Source: Calditrichia bacterium
GTDB taxonomy: Bacteria; Calditrichota; Calditrichia; JAJRVZ01
Reading direction: 5' to 3'
Assembly: GCA_963796965.1 (NCBI GenBank)
Contig: CAWCNS010000005.1
Span: 544,001 to 608,000 of the forward strand
DNA: 64,000 nucleotides
In this document: positions 22,912 through 31,969 of the stretch, one piece after another
Layout of the letters: each line of letters starts with the position of its first letter
Numbering within the stretch: the stretch's first letter is position 1
Program-made: the position numbers and the translations under genes
The notes under the pieces: generated by a model
What the model was told of the DNA's origin: nothing
The model's database searches: none
The model's input: the letters and a program-made list of their open reading frames with translations, nothing else

Positions 22912-23104
22912 ATAGCACGCGGATAACACAGATGACACTGATTTTCGCAGATTTTCTATACTAATTTATGATTTGCATCAAATATCTATAAACTTTTGAT
23001 TAAATTGGTATTTATTTAATCTAATTTTCAACCATTCTAAAAATCAATAAAGAAAAAAATAGAATCCGTAGAAATCCGGGTTATCCGCGTCATCCGCGTT
23101 CTAT
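22912..23104. repeat. Inverted-repeat element, ACGCGGAT family
   Basis: ATAGCACGCGGATAACACAGAT... / ...ATCCGCGTCATCCGCGTTCTAT. The end overlaps the TAG stop of the neighbouring gene. Confidence 0.85.
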
Positions 23105-24156
23105 TCAAAGGCAACGAAGGCAAGGATGGTTTTAGGATGCTTGTCAGTTACAATCAGAAAGCCACGATCATTTAACCTTACAATCCCTTCCCAATTGTTC
23201 CCACTTCCCTCGCCTTGGGTTACAAGATATATGGGCTCACCCTCAACATGTCCGATTCTTGTATCTGAATACTTAAACGCGACAATCCTCTCGATGACTT
23301 GATCCTTATCAAATGAGGGTAGGTTTACCTGTTTTGTAAATAGAATATCTTTCGCTGGATGGGATACACCAAAATCACCAGGCCAGTAATAATTAAGGAC
23401 CCAAAAGCGACCATCAGGATCAATCGCTGTTGCATCGGTTATTCTATATTCAGTAGCCGGGAATGGGATCAAACTTGTTTTTTGGGTAGTTGGATCTATC
23501 TGAACAGCAACGGGATTTGGGTTTACGTTGGCTCCATTCATTTCAAAAATGGCAACAATCTTATCTTTCACCCTTATTAGAGATTCAAAAGACATATTCC
23601 GGATTTGAGCCGGCAATTGTAATTGTAAGATGCTCTCCGGATCCAAATCCAGTCGTCTTGTATCTTCTGAAATCCTCCCGCCCACCAGATAAGAACTCAT
23701 TTCGCCGTCTCTTCGCGATTCGACAGTTAGATAAACCTGGTTATCATTAAAAACGATCGCCTCATACCCCTGAAACCCAGGAATCTTAACAGCTATCCCA
23801 TGATCATCAATTTCAATCTTTTTAGGAATTAGTTTTGTTGGAGATTGTTTTTCTAAATAAGTGATAATTTCTTTTTGGGAAATCGTAAAAATGGTCCCTG
23901 CGTCAGCACTTCGATACCGATTAGGATATTGGGGAAGCAAGATGAGTTGGTCCCCATACCAGGTAAGACCGGATATTTCAGCACCTCTATCGGTACTGAT
24001 CTCATCAACATAGATTTCAGTTATGGGATTTCCATAGATAGGATTATCTGTCCTATCTTTCTCTTTTTCACATGCAGAAAGGGTAAACAGAAAATTTAAA
24101 AGCAAATAATAAGAAAACCACAGATCAGTTCCTGAACTTACACGATTCAAATTCAA
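23101..24156 (-). CDS. Hypothetical lipoprotein, possible beta-propeller (esterase/phytase-like)
   Basis: Lipobox TLSAC; repeated EISGL/GYEAI/SFESL/NWEGI blade-like motifs. Confidence 0.6.
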   Translation of the reverse strand: MNLNRVSSGTDLWFSYYLLLNFLFTLSACEKEKDRTDNPIYGNPITEIYVDEISTDRGAEISGLTWYGDQLILLPQYPNRYRSADAGTIFTISQKEIITYLEKQSPTKLIPKKIEIDDHGIAVKIPGFQGYEAIVFNDNQVYLTVESRRDGEMSSYLVGGRISEDTRRLDLDPESILQLQLPAQIRNMSFESLIRVKDKIVAIFEMNGANVNPNPVAVQIDPTTQKTSLIPFPATEYRITDATAIDPDGRFWVLNYYWPGDFGVSHPAKDILFTKQVNLPSFDKDQVIERIVAFKYSDTRIGHVEGEPIYLVTQGEGSGNNWEGIVRLNDRGFLIVTDKHPKTILAFVAFE

Positions 24157-24498
24157 TTCCCATAATTATAATTTATTTGTACTGTTTTGACTTGGTGTTT
24201 ACACATATTTTTAAATTTTGATATCCTGGCCATGCGTTAATACATGGATTGAATACGTTTGCTGTCATCCTGTCCCGGAACGGGATCGCGTCTCGGAAGA
24301 AGGATCCTCCTCCATGTAACGCCGAACAATAAAATGAAGGAAGATGGACAATGTGACACGTCCCCCGGACGCACTGAATATAAATACCAACTTTATTTCT
24401 ATTCAAATTTTGTCAAAAAGTGTAAACACATGATCAAGACAACACAATATATTAATATATAGAAGATTATGGATTAGAATGATCATCTCCCCGGTAAG

Positions 24499-24536
24499 AA
24501 AAAAAAAGTGGTTATAATTAATATATTATAACCACT
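24499..24536 (-). terminator. Intrinsic terminator after the MBL hydrolase gene
   Basis: On the minus strand AGTGGTTATAAT-loop-ATTATAACCACT is followed by a T run. Confidence 0.65.
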
Positions 24537-24563
24537 CTGTTCAAAAAACCCTTCATGTATTGA

Positions 24564-25241
24564 TTAGTATTCCAGAGATTCTCCATAGGTTAAGATTTGT
24601 GCTTCCTTACCAAGCGATTTAACCTTCGAAACAAATTCATCCGGATCCACATCAATGACATCAAAAGTTTTATAATGCATCGGTATTACTTTACGGGGGT
24701 TTAGAAATTGCACGGCCCTAAGAGCATCATCAAGACCCATGGTAAAATTATCCCCTATTGGTATGAGGGCAATCTCAAGAGGCGTAATTTCACCAATTAA
24801 CTTCATATCCCCAAAAAGGCCCGTATCACCACTATGATAAACGGTTTTATTATCAATAGTAATAAGAACACCTGTCGGCATTCCTCCATAAGACCCATCG
24901 GGAAATGATGATCCATGGAAAGCCTGGGTCAATTTCACCTTACCAAAAGGAAATTCATGCGCACCGCCGATATGCATGGGATGAGCCGTTACACCCTGCG
25001 CGCCACACCAATTAGCGATCTCAAAATTTGATATTATCGTTGCATTATCACGTTTTGCGATGGGAATAGCATCTCCAATATGATCACCATGGGCATGCGT
25101 AATAATTATATAATCAGCCTTTACATCCTTTGATTTAACCGGTGAGGTAGGATTATCATCTAAAAATGGGTCTATCAGAATAGTATCTTTGTCTGTTTCT
25201 ATCATCCAGGCCGAATGACTAAAGTAGGTCAATTTAGGCAT
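24564..25241 (-). CDS. Metallo-beta-lactamase-fold metal-dependent hydrolase (UPF0173-like)
   Basis: ITHAHGDHIGD, YHSGDT, PIGDNFTM, IPMHY. Confidence 0.92.
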   Translation of the reverse strand: MPKLTYFSHSAWMIETDKDTILIDPFLDDNPTSPVKSKDVKADYIIITHAHGDHIGDAIPIAKRDNATIISNFEIANWCGAQGVTAHPMHIGGAHEFPFGKVKLTQAFHGSSFPDGSYGGMPTGVLITIDNKTVYHSGDTGLFGDMKLIGEITPLEIALIPIGDNFTMGLDDALRAVQFLNPRKVIPMHYKTFDVIDVDPDEFVSKVKSLGKEAQILTYGESLEY

Positions 25242-25391
25242 AAATCACCTCCTAAAAATTTAAAAATATTTAATTGAGAATGGTAAATAGTCAAGAGTGA
25301 ATAGAATATTGCACTCATTCAAAATTCACTATTCAACGTTCACCATTCTCAATTAATTTGAAGCTTAATACCAAGTTGCCACCAAGACATA

Positions 25392-26345
25392 TCAGGACAT
25401 CGCATCCACTTCATCGACCGTTTTTTGTACAGCAGCAACGGAATTTTTGAATGCTTCTTTCTCATCCGAAGTTAAATCCATTTCGATCACTTCTTCAATA
25501 CCATTTTTGCCCAAGATAACAGGGACACCTATAAACAATCCATCAACCCCATACTCACCAGTAAGTAATACACAGGATGGTACAATCTTTCTGGCATCAT
25601 GAGCAATGGACTCAACCATTTCCAATGCACCCCAGGCAGGAGAAACAAAGGCAGAACCTGAACCGAGAAGTTTTACCACTTCCCCGCCGGCTTTGCGTGT
25701 GCGTGTTTCAATTTCTGCCAACTTATCTGCAGTAACAAATTTTTCAACAGGCATACCCGCTACGCGGCAAGCACTTCTGATTGGGAGCATTGAATCACCA
25801 TGACCGCCAAGAACAACAGCTGTAACATTTTCTACCGCAACCTGAGCTTCCCAGGCAATAAAATGGCGATATCGTGCAGAATCCAGGGCACCAGCCATAC
25901 CCATTAACTTATTTTTTGATGGTTTCAGATTCAGATAGAGTTTATAAACAATCGCATCTAATGGATTTGCTACAGAGACAATAATTGCATTAGGACAATT
26001 TTTTTGAATACCCTCAGATACAGCATCGGTAATTTTAAGATTGGTTGCCAATAACTCCTCGCGTGTGGGAATCGTACCATCCGGACGGGTTGTTCTGGGA
26101 ACACCAGCAGTATTAATAACAACATCCGCTCCTTCAATAATATCATAGGTTTTTCCACCAATACATCTAACATCGGCACCAATTGTTGCCGAACCTTCAG
26201 CAATATCCAAAGCTTTACCTTTTGCCAGATCCGGTTCCTTAATATCAACAAGTGCTACTTCTCTGGCTAATTTACGCTGGACGATTTCCTGCATCAATAC
26301 GCCACCAATATTTCCACCACCAATGAGACCAATTTTGTTTAACAT
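25392..26345 (-). CDS. mdh: Malate dehydrogenase (LDH-like)
   Basis: GGGNIG, TAGVPR, NPLD, LDSAR, GGHGD. Confidence 0.92.
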   Translation of the reverse strand: MLNKIGLIGGGNIGGVLMQEIVQRKLAREVALVDIKEPDLAKGKALDIAEGSATIGADVRCIGGKTYDIIEGADVVINTAGVPRTTRPDGTIPTREELLATNLKITDAVSEGIQKNCPNAIIVSVANPLDAIVYKLYLNLKPSKNKLMGMAGALDSARYRHFIAWEAQVAVENVTAVVLGGHGDSMLPIRSACRVAGMPVEKFVTADKLAEIETRTRKAGGEVVKLLGSGSAFVSPAWGALEMVESIAHDARKIVPSCVLLTGEYGVDGLFIGVPVILGKNGIEEVIEMDLTSDEKEAFKNSVAAVQKTVDEVDAMS

Positions 26346-26491
26346 AGGAAACTCCTTTGATTGGGGTTTAAATTGTCTTTTGCGAATCTATCATAATTGA
26401 GGATTATATCTATTTGGAAAGGATTAATTGTGAATTAATATACAAATTGGAGAAAACGAATGCAAGGAAGGTATCTAGGATCTGCTGTTAT

Positions 26492-26914
26492 TTATCCGTA
26501 GATAAGTTCTTTAATATCTTTACAATCAACCGTAGCCTTATATACAATGCAATTTCGACAATTATCCATGGGATGGGAACATTTCTCTTCAGTAGCCCAA
26601 CAGGGTCGCTCAGAATTGCTAAAAGCCACACATCCCTCTTTTTCATGGTGATTGCATTTACGGAGACGCCAACATGGAACTAAAGCAAGCATCCGCCTGA
26701 GACCTTCGTAATTCATTCCGTTTTCTGAAATCATCCGGCGTATGCAACGTACTTTCTCTATTTCCAGATCTGAATACATACGACGACCGGTGGGTGTACG
26801 CTCGGATAGTATGAGTCCTTCTTGTTCGTATACCCTTAACAGGTGCACAGAGACACCAAGCAATTTCGCTGCGACACCGATCGTGTAGTTGGGATCTGTA
26901 TTGATTTTCTTCAT
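26492..26914 (-). CDS. MerR-family regulator with Cys-rich (two PCW motifs) C-terminal domain, paralog 1
   Basis: IGVAAKLLGVSVHLLRVYEQEGLI HTH; PCW..C..C..PCW..C..CxxC..C. Start placed at MKKINTD. Confidence 0.9.
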   Translation of the reverse strand: MKKINTDPNYTIGVAAKLLGVSVHLLRVYEQEGLILSERTPTGRRMYSDLEIEKVRCIRRMISENGMNYEGLRRMLALVPCWRLRKCNHHEKEGCVAFSNSERPCWATEEKCSHPMDNCRNCIVYKATVDCKDIKELIYG

Positions 26915-27380
26915 TTTTAAATAAAGAGAAAATAAAGATAAGGCCAAAGGCTAAAGGAGATTCTAAAGGTAAAAGGAAAAGTAAACGCTGAAGGTTTGAG
27001 AAAAAGGTAATAATATAGAGATTAATAAATAGTAAAAATCATAATAAAATCTTTATCTCTACCTTTTTCCTTTTAATCTTAATTCCTCTTAACCTTTACC
27101 CTTTTGCCTAGGGCCTTTCTCCTATAAGTTATTATTTCAATTAATATGTGTCCGGTTAAGATTTAGATATGTATTCATAAACAAGAGGAAATCAAATGAT
27201 TTTATTAATTTCCAAACATGGGAACTTGATTCAAAGAACTCTCCCTAAATCCCTCTCTTACAAAGAGAGGGACTTTGAGGAGCCCTTCTCGTAAGGAAGA
27301 GAAGGGATTTTTATATGAGAATTTCTATTAAAACATTGATTCATCTTTTAAACCGGATACGTTAATTTCGCTTAATATCT

Positions 27381-28674
27381 TTAGAAAGCATACCCTACAC
27401 CCACACTCCAGGCAAAAATATCCATCTGGTGAGTACCAGGCTGTTCATTTACAAAACCCGCAAAAGGATTAGCAGGATTGTTCAAATCATCAGAGATAAC
27501 GCGTTCTTTACCTATCAGGTATTCGCCACCAAGTTCAAAAGCCCATTGTCCTGCTTTATAGCCAGCACCAAGTGAAAAGGCATTATTCGTAGAAGAAGGA
27601 AAGAGAATGTTTAATGTTTCATCAGGAGCAGGAGCTGGATCGTAATAATATCCGGCACGGACAGGCTAATTCTTTTGTTGCCAGCCATTCCAAGCCAAAA
27701 CGAAGCATTGTGGCATCTTTCCAGTTCAACACAAACTCATTACCTCCTGAGGCTTCCATCATTGCTTTCCATTGAGGATCCTTGTACTCTGCAACAAGAA
27801 CATCCTGGGTTTTTGACCATTGACTGTACTGAGCATCAAACGTAACGACGAGAGATTCTGTAGGTCTGACAGCTAGACCACCGGCGATCCATGTCGGCCA
27901 GGAGACTTCCCGATCAAATTCACTCTCAGTTGGAGCACCTGCGTTTACAAAAAACGGATTTTTAGCAGTACCACTCATATTGACCTTAGCCTGTGAACGA
28001 TAGGTGGCGCCCAGGGTAAACATTTCATTAATTTTATACTGTGCACCAATCGTAAAACCGACACCGGTACCAGTGGATTCTTCGCTATACTGGGCATAGG
28101 TTTGCGCCGCAACTTCTGCCGGACGTTTCAGATCGAAAAAAGCATAATAAATATTGACAGCCAAACCGAGAGAAAAATCTTCTGAAATCTTATAGGCAGC
28201 GGATGGTGATATACTTATCGCACCGATTTCACTCATCCATTCAAAAGAAGCACCACCACTTAAGCTCGTTAGATCATCTCCATTCCATTGTACACCTAGT
28301 CCCGCCGGAACAAAAACGCCTAAACCAAAGGTCCAGTCGCCCGATTGATAGGTAGCAAAAAGATTTGGGGCCACATACATTTTGTTGTCAGCTTTCGCAT
28401 CAATATCAATTCCAAACGTCGGATAACTCCAGGCATAGTTTGCCGATGGGGTGATTCCGGTTACATAAACACCTACAAATGCTCCCGGTACATTAGAAAT
28501 ACCGGCCGGATTCCAATAGATGGCTGTTGCATCATCAGCCAAGCCAACCATCGCACCACCCATACTCAGAGCACGGGTACCAATACTATTAAGCGACAGC
28601 CCATTGGCAAAAGCACCAGTTGTCATTACCAATACCAGCATAATGACCATAATTAGGTTAAGAATGTTTCTCAT
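27381..28674 (-). CDS. FadL/OmpP1/TodX family outer-membrane channel; indel near 27660
   Basis: Signal peptide, RALSMGGA..GLADDATAIYWNPAG hatch motif. After the frameshift: RAGYYYDPAPAP...VGVGYAF-stop with terminal Phe. Confidence 0.9.
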
Positions 28675-29035
28675 ACTTCCTCCATTAATTAGGTTAAGGG
28701 TTTATTTATTCTTCTATCTCACCGAAAAAAGCACGTTTAATAGATTCATCCAAAATTCCGGGCATCTGCATATGGTCCCTAAAAACCCACTTACCTGCAT
28801 CTCAAAAATATATATCTATCCGGAACATCTCCCGGGTACTATATACATTAATCCTATTTTTTTCTTCTTAAATTAATATTTCTATTGGATAGACTGTAGA
28901 ACGACCAATACCGTGATATGCTGCAATTCCATTAATGAAAAATGTAACAATCGTCATTATACTCATCATTAATTTCTTTATTAATGCTCTCTAAAATATA
29001 AGGTAAGGGGTTGTTAAAATTGGACCGGTACATAT

Positions 29036-29059
29036 AATCTATAATAAATGTTATAGATT
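29036..29059. promoter_or_regulatory. Palindromic operator upstream of the FadL-like gene
   Basis: AATCTATAA-TAAATG-TTATAGATT with perfect arms. It overlaps a minus-strand TTGAAA-17-TAGATT promoter-like pair. Confidence 0.6.
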
Positions 29060-29227
29060 TTCAAGTGTTTTTTATTCATATGAAAAATATTTAATCCCTC
29101 GCCCTTTTATGAAGAATATTCTTTACAGGATATAAATATAAAGCAGATAATTAAATATTGCCAACAGAATAACTTTCATTTTACGATTTTTGTGTGTGTA
29201 TATGGTGAAACGACTAATTTGGTTAAT

Positions 29228-29938
29228 GTAACGGCGCGATTCATCGCGCCGCTCTACACAACTCGCAGACTGAATTGCAGTTATAACACTTCATCTATCT
29301 TGAAATAATCAGGCTATCTGGCAGAGAACTGTGTGCCTGTATATTTATCAATTTCATTGCACCGGTAACGGTGCGATTCATCGCGCCGCACTACACAAAT
29401 CGCAAACTGAATTGCATTTATAACACTTCATCTATCTTGAAATAATCTGGCTATCTGGTAGAAAACTGTTGCATTGTATATTTATCAATTTCATTGCACT
29501 GGTAACGGCGCGATTAATCGCGCCGCTCTACACAACTCGCAGGCTGAATTGCATTTATGACACTTCATTTATCTTGAAATAATCAGGCTGTCTGGTAGAG
29601 AACTTGTGCCTGTATATTTATCAATTTCATTGCACTGGTAACGGCGCGATTAATCGCGCCGCTCTACACAAATCGCAAACTGAATTGCATTTATAACACT
29701 TCATCTATCTTGAAATAATCGGGCTGTCTGGAAGAAAACTGTTGCACTGTATACTTAATCAATTTCATTGCACTGGTAACGGCGCGATTAATCGCGCAGC
29801 TCTACACAAATCGCAAACTGAATTGCATTTATAACACTTCACCTATCTTGAAATAATCAGGCTGTCTGGTAGAGAACTTGTGCCTCTATATTTATCAATT
29901 TCCTTGTACTAGTGCGGCGCGATTAATCGCGCCGTTAC
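29228..29938. repeat. Left tandem REP array: 6 REP palindromes, period 136-138 bp
   Basis: GTAACGGCGCGATT(A/C)ATCGCGCCGCTCTAC-type REPs start at 29228, 29365, 29502, 29638, 29776 and 29912, with near-identical linkers. Confidence 0.95.
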
Positions 29939-30245
29939 GTAAAACACCAAAGTGACATAACAATTGTAGTAAAATTAAAGAAACTCTGAAAAACATATAA
30001 AATAAATATATCAGCTCTAGATAAGTTGTTTTTTGGTCAATACAGGAGGGAATATGGAAAATTACCAGGACACGATATCTTTATCATATACTTAAGTGAT
30101 GTGGTTGCGGTGCGATATCCTTCGTTTGTTTTAGTGTTGTGGTTGCAGCGCGATGAATCGCGCCGTTACAATGATCATTAGTTGGCATAAAAATTGAATA
30201 ATGATTAGAATAATATGTCGTCGACATAAATAGGATAAATATGGT

Positions 30246-30785
30246 ATGGATGAGTTATTTTTCGATCAATATATCCGTGGAAGTAGGAGATTACCCGGTA
30301 ACGATTATGCCTCTCCTGGATATTATTTTATCACCATCAATACAAAACCAAAGATTTTATTCTTTGGGAAAATTGTCAACCATAAAATATTACTGTCTGA
30401 TATGGGTAAAATTATACTTAATAATTGGATTCAAATACCCAGAAAATTTAACAATATTAAGTTGGATAAATTCGTAATCATGCCTGATCACATTCATGGA
30501 ATCTTATATATTGATAAGGTCCTACCCAAAAAGAGAACTTATAGCAACGATTCTAACAATAATAAAAAAGGAGGAATTACCGGCTTAAACAATCCAATGA
30601 TCAATAACCAATCAATTTCTAATGTAATTCGTTGGTTTAAAGCCAGAAGCACTTTCCAAATCAGGCAAAAATATCCTGAGAAACAATTTGCCTGGCAACC
30701 CCGCTTTTATGACAGAATTATAAAAGATGAAAATGTTCTTTATTCAGCACGAATGTACATTATAAACAATCCGAAAAGGGCTTAA
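30246..30785 (+). mobile_element. REP-associated tyrosine transposase (RAYT/TnpA-REP)
   Basis: R.S.RL..DY...YYFITI N-terminus, FVIMPDHIHGIL HUH motif, WQPRFYDRII, YIINNP. Flanked by REP arrays. Confidence 0.93.
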
Positions 30786-30797
30786 TCTATTCACCCG

Positions 30798-31259
30798 GTA
30801 ACGGCGCGATTCATCGCGTCGCACTACATAGATAGCAAGCTGAATTGCATTTATAACACTTCATTTATCTTGATATAATCAGACTGTCTGGTAGAAAACT
30901 GGGGCCTGTATATTTATCAATTTCATTGCACCGGTAACGGCGCGATTAAGAGGCTGTGTAGAAACACAGCCTCTTCATCGCGCCGCTCTACACAAATCGC
31001 AAACTGAATTGCATTTATAACACTTCACCTATCTTGAAATAATCAGGCTGTCTGGTAGAGAACTTGTGCCTGTATATTTATCAATTTCCTTGTACTAGTG
31101 CGGCGCGATGAATCGCGCCGCTCTATACAACTCGCAGGCTGAATTGCATTTGCGACACTTCATTTATCTTGAAGAAATTGGCTGTCTGGTAGAAAACTGC
31201 TGCCTGTATATTTATCAATTTCATTGCACTGGTAACGGTGCGATTAATCGCGTTGTTAC
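30798..31259. repeat. Right tandem REP array: 4 REPs, same unit and orientation as the left array
   Basis: REPs start at 30798, 30934, 31098 and 31232. The second carries a 28-bp insertion. Confidence 0.95.
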
Positions 31260-31458
31260 ATAATGCTCAATCGCACACATGTGTGTTAATTAGCCCAAAA
31301 CTGTATTATCAAGAACCTAAAGTTTTCATAGAAGTCCTCCCCAATTTTTCCAATTTTTAGGAACATTTTCTCTTTCACCTCTCATTATTAAGATTTATCA
31401 AACTTTTCGACAACATCATAAATATTTGTTAATATTAGATATAACTACTATGTGAATT

Positions 31459-31475
31459 TTGGCACGTTAATTGAA
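31459..31475 (+). promoter_or_regulatory. Possible sigma-54 promoter (GA variant at -12)
   Basis: TTGGCACGTTAATTGAA gives GG-N10-GA. Confidence 0.35.
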
Positions 31476-31497
31476 TCTATATTTCAAAATATAGATT
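31474..31497. promoter_or_regulatory. Palindromic operator upstream of merR-psrABC
   Basis: AATCTATAT-TTCAAA-ATATAGATT; a TATAAT follows at 31508. Confidence 0.65.
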
Positions 31498-31524
31498 TTG
31501 AAGAGTGTATAATCGAGAAATACT

Positions 31525-31965
31525 ATGGATAATTTTATAGATTTAAAAGAGCCCCTCTTCCCTATCGGGATTGTGGCAAAAAAATTTAACGTTTCTGTTC
31601 ATACCTTAAGATTGTATGAATCCGAAGGATTGATACTTCCTTTTAAAACCGAAACAAACCGGCGATTCTATTCTCAAGCCGATATTAATCGCATAGCCTG
31701 TATACGGGAAATGATTGAAAAAAAAGGGCTTAATATTGCCGGGATAAAATCTCTGCTGGCGATGGTACCGTGTTGGGAATTGCTGCCTTGTACGGAAAGT
31801 GAAAGAAATAAATGTGAGGCTTATACAAATTATTCTGAACCATGTTGGGTCGTAAAGGTCAAAAGTGATAAATGCAAATATGTAGAATGCCGGGAATGCC
31901 ATGTTTATCATAGCCTGGCAGGATGTAGTAATTTTAAAGAATTTTTAAAAGCGAATTGGAAATGA
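31525..31965 (+). CDS. MerR-family Cys-rich regulator, paralog 2
   Basis: IGIVAKKFNVSVHTLRLYESEGLI HTH; same 9-Cys pattern. Confidence 0.92.
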   Translation: MDNFIDLKEPLFPIGIVAKKFNVSVHTLRLYESEGLILPFKTETNRRFYSQADINRIACIREMIEKKGLNIAGIKSLLAMVPCWELLPCTESERNKCEAYTNYSEPCWVVKVKSDKCKYVECRECHVYHSLAGCSNFKEFLKANWK

Positions 31966-31969
31966 GGAA

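Noticed and set aside
29228..31259. CRISPR array interpretation of the regularly spaced ~30-bp palindromes
   Set aside because: The intervening ~105-bp sequences are near-identical rather than unique spacers, no cas genes are present, and the adjacent gene is a RAYT.
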